Assembly (NCBI GenBank): GCA_965637545.1
Contig: OZ281501.1
Span: 3,348,001-3,412,000 of the forward strand
Length of the DNA stretch: 64,000 nt
Direction: 5' to 3'
From: Phallusia mammillata
Lineage: Eukaryota
Below are positions 24,360 to 39,000 of the stretch, one piece after another (position 1 is the stretch's first letter; every line of letters begins with the position of its first letter). The notes below the pieces were generated by a model. That model saw only the letters and a program-made list of their open reading frames with translations. It was not told the origin of the DNA and searched no databases. The translations under genes were made by a program, and so were the position numbers.

Positions 24360-27300
24360 TTTAAAAACTTCGTTTTGATATGGTGCTAATTTCCACTTTT
24401 TGAAACGTAATTGAAAAGTGCATTGAAGACACAGAAAAACCCTATATGTTAGGTCTTAGCCTTATCTGACAATTAGCCTTAGCACATTCATGGCTATAAA
24501 ACAACTTTCCATTGCGTTGTAGTATAACAGTATGCAGGTTGTAAACATAAATTTGAGATTTATTGTTGCGGTCTTTGCACTCATAACCTTCGGTCGTAGG
24601 AGCATGCGGCAGTTTAGGGTACACCAAGTCGTTCTCCACCTGCAACGTACAAAGACGCTTTTGTTGAAGTTCACAACTGTATTTAACTATTGCAACATCG
24701 CGAGGTTATGAGCCAGGTTTCTGCATTCAATCATAGTAAAGGTGAAGGTCTTTATGGAATGCTTAAAGTAATATTAATACTGGCTATAAAATATGCAAAG
24801 GTATCGAGGCTAAATTTGATTTATTGTTTGCATTACGGTTCACTGCACTAAGTTTACACTATGAACAGAAAAAAATAGTACAATGGTGCACTATTTGCAT
24901 AGCTTTTGCATCGATTTGTAATGGTTACCTTATGGCTGTTTTTAAATGGATAAAGCAGGTTACTTCTTGTGGCCATTGGTCGCTTGGCTGAGCACGCTTA
25001 GAGACTGAAGAAAGCACATATTGCTAAACAAATATTCGCGAGTATATGCCAAAGGCGTCATTGTTTCGACGCGCCACGGAATTCGAACGAAAGTGAAGTG
25101 TCAAGAATAGGTTTTTCGCCTCGCTTACGGCTCGATTTTCAGTGATAAAGATTGCTACGGTATGCCTGGCGAGGGGTACGTCTTGTTGAGTGATGTTTAA
25201 GCCTCATCTCAGCGTGTTGCGGGCAGACAAAGCGCAGATAAAAGAGCTGGAAACTCGAAGAGAAAAAGAAGGAAGGTAGAGGTTGGTTTCTTCTTTTCCT
25301 AAGCGGCGACGGCTCGAGGCCCTTTTTTCGACTTGGCTTATTTTCGAGGCACGTGAAAAAATGCGTGAACGCACTTTGGCTGGGATAGTGATGACAACGT
25401 TAGACGCCACTTCGAGACAGGTTTTCTCAGTAGTTACGTTCACGTCTGCGCGTTGCAAGTAAAGTTGAACCTGAGTTACGGTCGTTGGTTTTTAGTGCTA
25501 ACGAGGTTGAGAGTCTAAACAGGAGCTGTACTTGCTTAAAGCTTGGCCAAGAAAGTAAACCTGACGTAGTTCAGGCTTTGGGGACAAATTGAACGTTGCG
25601 TTATCGTTGCGCAATCAAGTATTTGAATTTTTACCAAAACAGTGCATGGTAAACGTATTTATTGTTGGTTCTTAAGTTCAACCAACTCTTGTGTGTGCAT
25701 TACTTTTTCATTGGTTTAAGATACATTGAATATTAACTGTATTTGATTCTATTTGTTAATATAAATTAGTTAAGAACCCCCTTAAATAAGCTGTAGATAT
25801 CTACCTATCTACAGATGAAAACGAGAAATCAGTGTGTAGACCTTGGAAACATGAATAGTTGATCGTTGTATTTTCGCGGTAACACAGCGGCCAAATCCAG
25901 GGCGTGTTGCCTCGAGGTCTGTGCGCGTTTCTTTTCAAAATGACGTTGCTGTCATTATAGGCGTATAATTCAGTTGGACAGTGACATCCACCCTTGTAGT
26001 GTGTTGCTTTGTTTCGTTGATAACTCTACTACAAGCAATTAACGTGCGAAATTGTCTAATTTGTCTCATCAGAAACTGCTCTAATAAGAATAGGATGGCT
26101 GAAATAGACGTGAAGAATGACATACTTTGTATATATGATGTTTAAGGAAATAATCATGCCAATATCAATACTATAAGGATACATTGAATTACATAGTTGT
26201 AGATAAACTGGAACATACAATTTGTATTTTATAGTTTAACTTAAAATGCGATGTTCAATGTAATCCAATGCTATCTTATCACGAATTTGTTGCACAAGGA
26301 TATGTAATGGCCAAGATTGTTTCAGGCTTGTTTGATTCGTCCGTGCGCTTTTTAATTTCCCCTAAAATTCATACTGGTACTTTTTTCGTGATGAAAGTCC
26401 CTTGTTTCGTTAACGGGGTTTCTGGTGACTCCAGAAAATACCCATTACTAAAACCAAATTCCCTGTTCTGCTTTCACTAATCCTTGGTTTAATTGGATCA
26501 TTTGATTAGTGTCGCTTCAAAGAGAGAGACAGATTAGTTTCTACAGCTGCGTGTCAACTACTACTTGTAAAGCTCTGTTGGATATTGGAGCGACGCTTGT
26601 GGCATTTAACGTAGTGGTAGCGTTCCTGTGTTAAATCGAAGTAGCAAATAGTGTAGCGTACGACTTGAGAAACAGTGCAGTGTTAAATGTAGACGGCGTT
26701 TTGATGTCTTGGCCAGATTATATTCAGGTGTATTCGAAAAGATTGACCTGCTAGTTTGGTACAAAACTTCTGCTTGTTGAGGGTGTTAAGTTGTAAAACA
26801 AAATAGCATACAGAATTTTGATGAAAAATGCTTTGTTGTGTGATTTGATGACCATTAGTCCATCTCGACTAAACGCTAAGTTTAGGCAAACGTTGTTGAA
26901 AGTTAAGATTTCATGTGGGGTTTTTAGTTCACGCATAAACCACCTACACTTCGTGATTCTGATTCATAGATATAGTGTATTGTGTGTATATGTAAGTAAG
27001 AAGGGCAGAACATTTATTTGGACTAACTACTCGATTAAAAAAGTCAAATGATATTTTGAAAAAGTCTAGGGTAGTAAAAGACCCTGCGATCACCGTGCCA
27101 GCTGCCCCTAACCGATAAGGCATATTGCAGTCGACTTTGCCTAGTAAGTATGTTCTCATTTGTCATACCAGACCAGGAGCTTTCCGTGGGCGAGAGTACT
27201 CAAACCAGCCAGACGTATTTACTTGGGCAGTTTCTCAACATTCAAGCTTTGTCCAGCATTGTAGACACGTCCCAGCGGTTTGCCTTTTGATTTCCATCTT

Positions 27301-29380
27301 CTGTTTGCTGTCTGCTTTCCGCAGCACCAACGTTTACCGACTGAAACGCGACGGAGCCTTACTCAAACCTTGCATAGTGCTGACTAGGTCGCTTGAGTTT
27401 CAAAATGGACAGTCCATCCATTGGCTAGTTGAGGTCCACTGGTCGGTCATTAGTATGCTGGTCAATTATCTTGTTTGTTTAATAATTATGATAGCTGCAT
27501 CCGTTTAGGCGCCAATTATCATCGCTTTACTTGGTGTTAATTATTAGCCCTCGAAAATACATACCAACCTGTGTGATGTTTCGAAATCACTCCGGACGCC
27601 AATGCAATCTTGTTGCGTTGAAAATTGACATTGGTTTTAATGTAACTTGTATTGCAATTGCATCGACAGTTTGAAGTGATATTTTAGTGAGTAAAGAATT
27701 GAATTTCCGGACTTCTAAAGCTTTTCAAGATTTCAACGGTTTAGCTAGTCACGTCTGTTGAGATGGCGTGGTCTGATAGAAGACATAGCTTTTAAGTTTA
27801 CGCGCAACTTCAATTGTATAGGCAGGTTATAGGAAATGGGAATAAAAAGTTAACGGGCATGGAAAGTGCAAGTTTGCCACCTTAATTTGAAACGAAATTA
27901 TACCCACAACGTTTTGCTAGAGGCGTTATTTTGGATGATGTCGTCGGAGCTTAAATATAGCTTTCTCATTTGAAAGTAGCTTCCTTCAACGTAAGTTTAC
28001 ACTTTAGGCTTCGTGCCCTTTACAAGAGCAAGTTAGCATGACAATGTTGTTCTTTCGGCGAATACCTGGCATATTTAAAGCGCAACTGGGGCTTAATAAT
28101 TTGCTTTAGCTGTTATAGCGCTTCGCCAAGACGTTGTTTACACTGTTACGCAGCCGTAGAGTCATCAAAGGCACAGAAAACCTTTCGCCAAGCAGCAAAC
28201 GGTCCCAGGGATGCTGAAAAGGCGTCGCATTGCCTCGTGGCGCTCGGCCGGAACCAGCAGTGAAAGGATAGCACCAGAACCCGAGTTTTCGGCAACCTAT
28301 TTTTACCGATCCCAAACCCCTCTTATCTATTTAAGCGCTGTTGTCTTACCAAAGCTGGATAAAGCAAATTGATACAGTATTTCAGAGCGTGGTAAACGTA
28401 TCGTTGTGACTACTAATACGTTTAACCGCTCAGTTCATAAATCGTAACATTCGCATTGGAAATAAATATGTAAATGCGAAAAGACAAGAATAGCGACGTT
28501 TATACAGTAACGTGGTTATTTGCAAGCAAGCAGCTGGACGATTAGGAGTAAAAAAACAATAATTTTTTATGGCAGCTTTTGATGAATATTTTTTTCATCT
28601 AATGCGTTTGCCAATCTTGGGTGGTGAAATGATAAAGGTTAATGTCGAAACCGTTAGAAAAAATGTTTTCTGTCAAACTGCAATTAACTGCGGCGCGAGT
28701 GGGATATCTCTTGTTTGGTGTTAAGCCTGTGCTTGAGAAGGTCTTGAGTGGTCGTTCTGAGTTGGCGTTGAGTGCCAATTTTATCGGCATAAGCAAGGCA
28801 AGAAGGCGGGGTGGGGTTTGTCTGATGCTTATGCACTACTTTAGTCTTGTCCGTTACGAACTCCTAAGAAAGTTAAGCAAAACAAGGTGCTGGATTTATG
28901 ACGCTGTATGGTTGCTAACACAATTGTAGTTTGTACACGTGCAAAATTAGAGACAGGCTATAAAATTTAAATGATACCACCGATGGATTTTTTGGGGAAC
29001 AAGGTTTGGCGAAACAGGTTTTTTATCGCTGCTGTTTCGTAGATAATACAGAACCTGTTTTTGTGTGTTAGGCGGATTAAATAAGATCTTAGCTTGTCTG
29101 ACTTGCTCCATAGAACTTTCGCACCAGAGACTGAATAGCCACCTTGCTTACTTTCTAATAATCGCAAGTGCAAATAAGGCCTGTTCAATCTAGAGAATAA
29201 GGTTATGGGCCACGAGAAAAAGGAAACAGCCGGTTTTCAGCACTGCTGCTTAGTGAGGACTATCATTATCGCAGTAGCCCACCAAGGCAGGAAGCTTGAA
29301 CGGTAAACTTCCCAAAAGTAATTGTTATTTTCATTTCCTTTCGACAGCCCCAGGGTTAGGTGGTCGTGTAGCATAGTACA

Positions 29381-29488
29381 CATTCGTGTTTTTTCATTCA
29401 CTGTCGACGAAAGCAAGCTGAACTTGATCAGAAGAGCTTCAATTTGGACGTAACCACGAGTTCGTGTTTTTAACCCTTGTAGTGTAAG
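29381..29488 (+). other. candidate 5' UTR exon of the multiplexin gene
   Basis: Perfect donor AAG|GTAAGT at 29489, no ATG, Inr-like TCATT near the start; the next strong acceptor is 30656. Start is approximate. Confidence 0.45.
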
Positions 29489-30669
29489 GTAAGTCGGTGT
29501 TGTGTGACCTTTGTGCCAATGTTGTTTTTACAGCTTGAGTTTACTGTTTAAACTTTAAACTAAAGTGCACTTTCGTTAGTTACTTACAAGACTGTTTCTC
29601 ATAATTTGCTTTTTCAATCTGATAAGGTCCTAAAAGTTTTATTGGTGTTTTAACAATTTAGGGCTTTACTATTCACTTTAGGGCTTTTATAATTTGGGTT
29701 TCATAATTTTTAGGCTTTTAAACCTTCAGTTTTACAATTTAAAATGGTAAGTCATGTAAAGAAGTACTATTTTAGGACAAGTTTTTAATCCCTTTAAAAT
29801 GAACTATAAATATCGTATTTTAACCGTTCTTCATGATCAGTTAATTCAAAGGAACTTGAAACAGTCTATGAGCCACAGACATAAGTTAGTTCGTAAAATC
29901 TTGGTCATTCGTAGAGCCGGTATTTCCAAACGCCTCGGCCGGATATAAGACTGCTTTGATCACTATGGCCCATCTCAAGGGAATCTAAACACGGGCTGGT
30001 GGTCGGCTAGACAACATACGACGAACGTTTTGTACTTGGCAAATTATTAACCCGAATTCCGCTTAAACTAGAACTCCCATGTTCATAATCTTAGGCAGAA
30101 CCACAAGCTGTAGCCTAATGCAAAGTTGACTATTGCTACCCACAGTAGTTGTTTAAGCCACTGGTATCAGCAACATACTTAAATGTCACGATAACTGGTA
30201 AAGTTTGGCTGGGTGGGTGTTTTCGCGTTTGCTGTCAAAGTTATGTTTTTACAACTGTTGTTTTGACAGGTAGAGTCATAGCAATATTGTCGACGCCCTA
30301 ATACTTAGACCAAGAGTATGCTTTACCCCACTAACGGAAAAGTATGCTTGGATATGTTGAAGTGTGCATTTCCACCTAGTTGAAAAGTTTGTGGCATTCC
30401 ATTTGGCTGGCGATTGTTCGTCAATCAAAAATATTTTATAAATAGTGTTGTTCGCGACGTTTATTTGAAAGAAGTCATGCTAGGTCGGGCATAACAGCAA
30501 CCCAATGTTTGCTCAAAGGGACCCCACACCTCTCCAACCCCAATTCAACGCATAAATATAACTATAGTGAGCAAGCAAACCATCTATAACTATTCATTAC
30601 CGGCAAACGTTGAATTTTTTGAGTTCAATCCTTTTAACAACGTCATTTTTTTTCAGTGACGTCATCGTC

Positions 30670-30745
30670 ATGAGGATATTACTCGCGCTCGTTGCGCTTG
30701 GCTTGTGCTCGCTGGACCATGTCGACGCCCAGGGACTGACTTCAG
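30670..30745 (+). CDS. COL15A1/COL18A1-like: multiplexin (collagen XV/XVIII) signal-peptide exon MRILLALVALGLCSLDHVDAQGLTS
   Basis: Acceptor TTTTTTTTCAG| at 30656, classic signal peptide (VDA|Q), donor CAG|GTAAGA phase 1 matching downstream phase-1 exons. Confidence 0.85.
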
Positions 30746-33700
30746 GTAAGAGTTAAGTTGGAAATTGTTTTGACGCCGACCGGGATCCCGTGGTCGCTTC
30801 TAGGGCCTCAAAACGAGACACATGTCCCCCTCCCGCAAATGTACACACAAGAGTTAAACACACACACCTGTAGGCGAGCTTGACGACAAAATGACGAGTT
30901 TTTGGACGTGGTCGTCTGCACTGGTTAGTCACTGAGGTTTGCTGCACGCCGAGGCTTTAGGTTTCCTATTTAGTCAAAATTGAATCCGGCTTTAAAGCAA
31001 TTACTCGTCGTGTAGTCAATGATAATTTGACTTGGAAAGTTAACACCTTGCAATTATGGAAATACATGTTGATGGCGATGGTCAATTACAGGGAAATCGT
31101 GTATCACTAGATAATGTAATGATGGGAACTAATGTCCTGATAGTAGCATCTTATATGTATCCCAATTTCTAACAATCAAACTCGAAATCGGAATTGCTTT
31201 ATGTGACTGTTGAACATAATGGTTTCTCATCAATCAAGAATGATCATAGCCTGTCACAGCATTAGGACTCTTCAACGTGTGAAAGCGGGTTTTTATCTAC
31301 AGTGGTTATGACCTCGTTTAGGGGACGTTCTGTGGGCTAAGCCTAATCGGAAAATGTGGTAATGCGGTCATTAGGCCCTATTACCCAGAAGCAAGTTAAC
31401 TGTCCCGAAGTCAGATAGCACGAAACCTTTGATCGCTGTCGGCTCGTTGATTTGTTGCAGACCCCACGGGTTCTCCGTAAAAGTTGTTTCACACCCGGAG
31501 ACGAATGTACACAGTCTCACACGTGACCAAACCGCGATATTTGTGTAGAACCGCTTGGCGATTGTGCCCTGGGCGCGAAACCCTACATTGCTTTTGTTCG
31601 TCGCTTTGTCCAATGTTTGCGCCCCGAAAAAAAAACTAAGACGCTCACCAACAAAGTGGGCTAAACCACAGTCTGTCTGGCGAAACAACAGTCTTTGAAA
31701 TAAATGAATCATGTCCCGAATAAAGTGGTTTTTTGAATCTACCACTAGAATCTAAACGGTTACAGTGAAAAGGCCAATTCACACTTCCCGATTCAGCCTA
31801 AACTATTCCCTTTAATTTTTAATAAAATCGCCTCGAATAAATTTCTTAACCGGTGTGAACGAAGCTAGACAGTAAAGGCATTTTACGTTTTCCGGTTGCA
31901 TTAAATTCCGCCGGGAGTCAAATGAACACAAATCTGAGAAGGTTTGACGTCTTGTTCAAGAGCGACCATCACTAACGACCGCCAACTCGCGTGCCACGCG
32001 GAAATGATTTTCAAAAGGCCACAGGCTTAGGTTACGCGATCGATGTTAGGTTTTGAAGTCTCAGCTCTCCTTTGTGTTGTGATGGATCGTTTTTGGTCAC
32101 TCGTCTTGCGTCGAGGGTCAGTGGGAAACCGGACTGACCGAGCTGGACTCTAACCGCGACCGTTTTGTTTGCAAATTTTTTAACGACGTGCCGTTCCTGA
32201 AAGTTCGTGAATGGTTAAGGGTGACCTAAAATCTTGCGCGCTTTTTGCATTCGTAAGAGCTCATACTTGTGAAAACCGGAGATTGATGGTCGTAAGTTCA
32301 AGTCCTACTACTTGCTTGCACGCGAATCTCGAAAGTTATTCAGAATTAGTCGAAATCCCTTAAAAACCTCGTGTAAAGGGTGTTGATTGCTTAAACCTAA
32401 ATCATGTAGCCTACTGTTACTATCAGTTGTGGAATGCTTTTCTAAAGTCGTTGATGAATTGGAGCAGTTAAGATATTGTGCACACTAACACACACAATGT
32501 TTCGTGTGTTTGTTCAACATTTATACATTTAACTCGGGTGCATACAAACAACTTGCGAATATATATCATAAAATTCTATTTGAATAAGTAACTACCGATG
32601 CCATTTAGAAGATATGTATGTTCACAATTTAAACGTAAATTGTCTGATCCATTTTTGGTAGAAACGTTTTTCCATGCTATTTATTTATTCACTAAAATGT
32701 TCTTCAATGAACATGTTTTGTCCGTTTGTAGACACATGTTGTTCATTTTCAACGTTATAACAGTTTGCATTCGAGTTTGACACCAATCATTGAGGCGACA
32801 AATTCGATTCCAGTCGCCTAACTTCGCAATCCCATTATTTCTGGCATCCCGTCGTGACACTCGATTCACAAAAGCAGCTGTTCTCGTCAATGCGCCAGCC
32901 TCAATCCTTTGTCGCAAAATCAGGTCTCTTATTTTCGTGAATTTGTTTCGTGACCCGGTAACATTGCGTCGCGAAACAGTCGACCTCAATTTGGCTCCGA
33001 GAACTCCGCAAGACTCGACACGACAGCCCTTGAAACCATGAGTGCGCCTTAAAATAGTGCTTATACCTCAATTAGCCGTGACTTGAAGTGCTAATGCTTG
33101 ACAGTTGCCGATTCCTTAGTATCCAGTTTAACTTGGGACGCAATCGCTTGTTTTTGTGCTTATTGGAAAGACCTGTTCATGTCAATTCCAACAATCTTTA
33201 AAAATACGTTGTTAGTTAAGAAGACACCATTTTAAGTGGCGTTGTTACTGTCTGATGTGTTGTAATACGTAGTAGTTTGAACTCGTTCGTGCTGTGGACA
33301 GCTGTAAACCACCAATATTGATATATTCCCTAACGGCAACATGGAAGACGATTCAGTTTCACAATTGAAGTCCAGTAACTCATTAGGGAACGACTCCAAT
33401 GGTGTGCCATAATTTGCCTACATAAAGTTACAGGTATATTGCTATTGATCAACCATATCAAGAAGTCTGCTTGTAGCCTTAAAATCGAATCAGGAAACGT
33501 TTGGCGGAATACCTGTAAAAGGTCTCATCGCATCTTCAAAGGGTAATTAGCATTTCCTTAGCCATGTCAAGCGCTGTGATGAAAGGGCAGTAGTTTCTGA
33601 CCTGTCCAGTGCGATGGACAGCGCAGCGGGGGCCGGTAACACGAGATGGTAATAGGTAGAAGTATCACAGTTGAAACAAAGCTTCTAAGTATGTTTGCAG

Positions 33701-35314
33701 AGTCTTAAATTGCGACTGAGTTTCCCGTATACACCGACGTTCCTTGTGGACTTAGGTGTCTGGTGATTAAGCAAACGGGTCCCAATGGAATCGAATGTTT
33801 CGGTGGCCTGTTAAGCCCGCCCAATGGGAATACAAAACCCTTTCTCAAGCGCCGATTAGATCCTGGCTTCGTCATAGTTGAAAGTGTGCGTATGTTGTGT
33901 TACCACCGTTGAGGTCATGACTTGGCTGTGTTACATTGCGCTGTAAAGCTAAGAAACAATCTTCGTGTCAAAAACCAGCTTTATGTTACAACTTGAACAG
34001 TGTCAAAAAACGTTTAAGGTGACTAAAAAAACATATAATTAAAACAATAAGCCAATGTCTCATTACTTTTTCTATTACTTTGCACGCCTAAAGGGGCTTC
34101 CTAACACATTTAAACTGTACCTTACTGTTAAGACCCGTTGTGTGTGTGTTTTCTAAACAATTAATTATTCATGTAATGTGTTCCACTTAATGCAAGATAC
34201 TCCCAAATTGCACAACAAACAAACCATTGTGTTTAGGTGGTTTGCTTTCTCATGATTAACCGGTTGCATTTTTTTGCCATTGGTCGTCAAAGGTCTTGCG
34301 GTGTTGATAAGTTTTTCAAATTATGGGAATTGTTGCTTTCACAAATGCGTGTCGCCGTGGTATTTCACAAACAAGCTCTTGCAAAGACAGTTTGTCAAAA
34401 GCGCCAAATTTATACAACCAAATATCTTGAAAATCTGTTAAAAGATACCATTGGTCAATTAGTTCCCAATCAGAACGCGGGTATAGTTGATAAAATTGAT
34501 AGTAATGTATTGAAATTCCTGTCTTGCTTTGGACCAGGGAAGATATCTGGTCTGACAATTCCAAACGTCACAGGCTCTACGTGAGCTTACGGATGACACA
34601 TTTTTTGTGGACCTTTTTAGCACGGCGTTGTTTATGTAGCTACAATCCCTAGGACTCGTGACTGTTTGGACAGCAGCCGAGACGCACGACGGGAAGCAAA
34701 CGACTCACACAAAGATATACTGATTGTGTGACACACAGATACAAGCCCACCCTCGAAGTACTGTTTATTTGACAAAGGCGCTCTATTGGCCCACAGGGCA
34801 TCAATTCCATACACTGTCTGCTTACATAGGACAAGGATTAAGGTTTACAATCATCCTTTACTATGTTTGGTGACACCTCACGCCCGCTGCTGGTTGACTT
34901 TGATTGATATTTACATGCACCACAGTGTTCGAATGTGTTTATTATGGGTCCCCTTCCTTGAAGGGGACACATCTTGATTTTACTCGATTTCTTTTTTTTT
35001 TTTTTCTTTTTTTTTCTTCTTTTTTTTTTTCTTCCCTGAAGTTTGTCCACCCCATTTTGCCCTGAAATGTTTGATGGATTTGGATGAAACTTTCACAGAT
35101 GGTAGATATAGTTGTGTAGATGTGCCATCTGCTTCGTTTGTCATGATAACCCCAGTATTTACCCCGCTAGACCCCAAAATGTAAAATGTGGTTTGTGCGC
35201 ACCACAAACGTTAGTTTTGTGTGATGTTATAAAGACAACTACATATGGTACTCATGTTTAAGGATTGCTTGGTGAACGTGTTTGCGGATAGCAGTCAAGG
35301 GGGTTGTTCACAGC

Positions 35315-35533
35315 CTTGTGACGTCATAAGTCATTAGGTTGTTTGTTAAAACGCCCCCTAGTGGTCAAAATTGAAACATTGGCCAATTTGGACAAAATTT
35401 TACAGGATTGTTGTTTGGGTCATCTTGTGACGTCATAAGTTATTACGGTTGTTGGTTAAAACGCCCCCTAGTGGTCGAAATTGAAACATTGGCCGATTTG
35501 GACAAAATTTTACAGGATTGTTGTTTGGGTCAT
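35315..35533. repeat. tandem repeat, 2 x 109-110 bp
   Basis: Units begin CTTGTGACGTCATAAGT at 35315 and 35424; each contains CGCCCCCTAGTGG. Confidence 0.92.
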
Positions 35534-35567
35534 TGCAGTTTCATATTTTCAACATTAGGGTGAAGAA

Positions 35568-36052
35568 CCCCATCAGTTACCCCACTAGCCCCCTAAAATG
35601 GGTGAATATTTAAACAGGGTCGGAATTGGCTGAAATTTGGATAGCTTGTATAATTTGCCATTTACAATTGATGATTGTTGTGTTAAAACCTGTAGCCCCA
35701 GCATTTACCCCACTAGCCCCCTAAAATGGGTGAATTTTTAAACAGGGTTGGATTTGGCTGAAATTTGGATAGCTTGTACAATTTGCCATTTACAAATGAT
35801 GATTGTTGTGTTAAACCCTGTAGCCCCATCAGTTACCCCACTAGCCCCCTAAAAAGGATAAATTTTTTAAACAGGGTCGGAATTGGCTGAAATTTGGATA
35901 GCTTGTACAATTTGCCATTTACAAATGACGATTGTTGTGTTAAACCCTGTAGCCCCAATAGTCACCCTGCTAGCCCCCTAAAATGGGTGAGTTTTTAAAC
36001 AGTGGGCAATTGTTGGAAATGTTATGCCATTTATAGGTATCGATTGTTGTGT
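35568..36052. repeat. tandem repeat, about 3.7 x 128 bp
   Basis: ACCCCACTAGCCCCCTAAAA..TTAAACAGGGT..GGCTGAAATTTGGATAGCTTGTA..TGCCATTTACAA recurs at about 35568, 35696, 35825 and 35953. Confidence 0.92.
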
Positions 36053-39000
36053 TTTACTTCTTTGTTTTAAACTAGACAAACTTTAAACAATGCTTGAATT
36101 GAGTCGATTTGTATAGTTTGAACTTTGCATAGCATGACTATTTAATCCTAGTACCAATCACAGTGTTTTACTTTACAACACCAAAGTTTCTTATGGTTAT
36201 CTCTTGAAATGCAGTGTTTACAACTTTGCATGTGTGGGGACCCATGAGTTTCTGCCTGCAGAAACAACTAACGTTTTAAAAGACGGTGGCAAATATGGGA
36301 CCCAATATAAAATAAGTGAAGGAATTATATTTATGTTTTAAAATAGATCATAGTGTATGTGCAAGGGCAATATGTGCTAAGCCACCCTTCTAGTTGTCTT
36401 TTGATTGTAACGGGTTCGTGCGACTGCAATTGACCTACACTGAGGTTTGCACTCAAGCCAGTGTAAAGATATAAAACATTCTTCCCCTTTTTCAAGCTTA
36501 AATTTGAATCTAATTGTCCTCAAATACATTTGGGGAGTTTTCAAGACCGTATTTTGTTTGATTGCACGAAGTTTGATAATGATCCTACTTTTTAAAGCGA
36601 GTGCGTTTAGATCCAGTTTGGGACTGGTAAACATTGCTTCGTTTGATTGTATCAAGCTGCCTTAAAACCCACTTTGTGAGCAAGAAAAAAAAATCTTCCC
36701 AGCTTCCAGACTTTAATACAAACCGTCCGACAAAACGCATCTGAATTGATTTACGATTATAGATACAACCCACAAAATCTATATGCAGTCTAATTCCTGT
36801 GTCAATTTGTTTTCCGCCCGACCTTAACCAACCACAGGCAACGATCTAGAATTCTTGGTCTGTTTGTCCGTGTTCCTCCAGTCTCAAGAGACAGCTTCCG
36901 CGACTTGTGTTTGCATTAGCTCAATGTGAAAGTGGCCGTCCCAGTCACGTAAGTCCTTCCATGTCCCGCCGCCAGACATTCTACTTGGTCGCTGTTTTCC
37001 AACCATCTTTAAATCGATTTGAAAAGCTTACCTTGGGTACTGCAGGTTCGTATGGTGCTGTCGTTTTTGCTCGGTACCCAATGTATTGTCAAATTTCGCT
37101 TAATCTCATAAATCGCTTTTCACAAATTTGCCTGATTTAAAGATGTCATCTGTTTTGTAAAACAAGCCTAAAGTTGTAAGTTCTATGCATCATAAATGCC
37201 TGATCCATAAAAAAACGTTTACATCGAATCTATTTGCCATTGGACCAAATTTATTTGAAACGAAACGAATTTTATCCAAGTTACCTGAAGTACTCGATGT
37301 ACCATACGTACCTTTTGCCCCAAATCGCTATATTTGTTCAAGGCTCCTAGTTGTTTAACGTTTGAAGGCTGTGACGTAATTCATGGCCTGTCGCTGACCG
37401 TCGGTTCGGGGTGACGAGTGGGTGGCACCACTTTAGGAAGATGCGCAGACAATTGCGTGGGCGTTGATCTGAGTTTCGGTCGGTCTGCAAAATATGTGGT
37501 TCGTTCAGGTCACACCAAGTTATCCGTTAAATTGTTATATAACAACACTTAATAGTCATAAAAAAATTGACTTGTTAGTTGAAATAGGATTTTTATCCCA
37601 GTTTCTGTTATATGACTGGTTAGTTTGCTATCTGCATTTGGATTACTGACACAACACACACAAATATCTTGTAAATATAGTTTTGTGGTAAATCGAACTT
37701 TTATGGATTTTTCTATTGTTTTTTGATGATTAAATGTACTAAACGTGCTCATAAAGTCGAATGAGACAAATATATCGTTTTTCTATTTCTTTTTGACAAC
37801 TCAGGATGTAATTGTTTATCCCTTAGTCCTACAACGTTTTCAATGGTGGACATCGTCAGGACCCAAAAACTGAGTAAAAAATCTAGAAAAACATAGAGAG
37901 CCAAGGTGTAGGTAACAAACTCTATGCCACGTTCAGTGTTTTTGGCGTTTTATCGGCAACAAAGGACATCTGTATTGGGAATCGCATTTTTGTATTTAAT
38001 TTCAACAGTTCGCTTATCGACAAATCTCATAGCCCCAGGTGTTCTCTGTTCCGTCTCCGTTCGCTGCGTAGGTGTTGCTTGCCGGAGCGTATGTTTGTGA
38101 TAATCTACACAAAACTTTCCATTCCATTGTACAATACAACCACTACAAAGCATTGAATAAGCTGTTTGAATATGACAATTTAGGCTCCTAAAGTCTTAAC
38201 TGAACTTACAAATTTCTAGGAACCGTTTAGTTTTTTATTGATATTAAGTTATTTAATTAAAATTTGATTTTACGTTAAGGTTGTATTTAATTAATTTTGG
38301 TCTTGTTGTATTTTCCGTGGAATTTCCGTGTTTTTTGTGCAGCTTGTCGGGTTAAAATGCGATTCTCGCAAATACTTATTGAGTACTTTTAACAAATAGA
38401 GACATAGAATATGTTAGTTCCACAGTGCTGGTTTGTTAAGGCAATATTAATCTCATGTTATACAGCCTCACTTAAAGTTTAGTTTGGTTTGTACTCTACG
38501 TATACCCAACATCATGCAACGCTTATAGTTATTTTGGTCTCGACCAAAAATTGCAAGTAGCTCATTTTCGCGCCCTGGGTCGTCTGGCATCGTCTTGATG
38601 TTATCTAAGCAATTGTGGCGCATTTGGCTGAAGTAGTTTCATTCGAAATACCTTTATATTACAAAGCAACCTTAACCCACATGCAAAAAAGACTTCCATC
38701 TAAAGTTGATAATTGAGTTTTTTCAGCTGTGCGTTGGTGCAATTGCGTTGCATGGACCGCGGCATTCGCGCGAGCAAAATGCGGATCAAATCTTCAGCTC
38801 TCGTTACAAGGAGACTCTTCGCTCGTGCCCGAGCAAGTATAGGATGTCAAAATAACGACGAGGCCGCCAGACTTTAACCCGGTTTCCCTAGGAGGGGCTG
38901 ACCGCCCTTGCTCATACGATGGCCATTGCCTCTTAAGGAGTCCTCTAAGATGACTCAAACGACTTCAGTCTTTTGTTGTTCACAACTGTATAAAACCAAA

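Larger units (their letters stand above)
34979..36120. mobile_element. non-autonomous element with T-rich microsatellite and two internal tandem arrays (Helentron/DINE-like?)
   Basis: Poly-T/CT tract at about 34988-35035, then 2x ~110-bp and ~4x 128-bp arrays; ACTCG near the left end and GAGTCG near the right end. Class uncertain. Confidence 0.45.

Noticed and set aside
24442-24929. Minus-strand acceptor at 24640 and donor at 24928 with a 67-aa ORF
   Set aside because: Plausible splice sites but no recognisable protein or start; could be a lncRNA, which the sequence alone cannot support
34838-35207. Minus-strand ORFs with poly-Lys/Arg
   Set aside because: Translation of the T-rich microsatellite within a repeat element
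35315-36052. Repeat arrays as CRISPR
   Set aside because: Eukaryotic context, contiguous units over 100 bp with no unique spacers, and no cas genes
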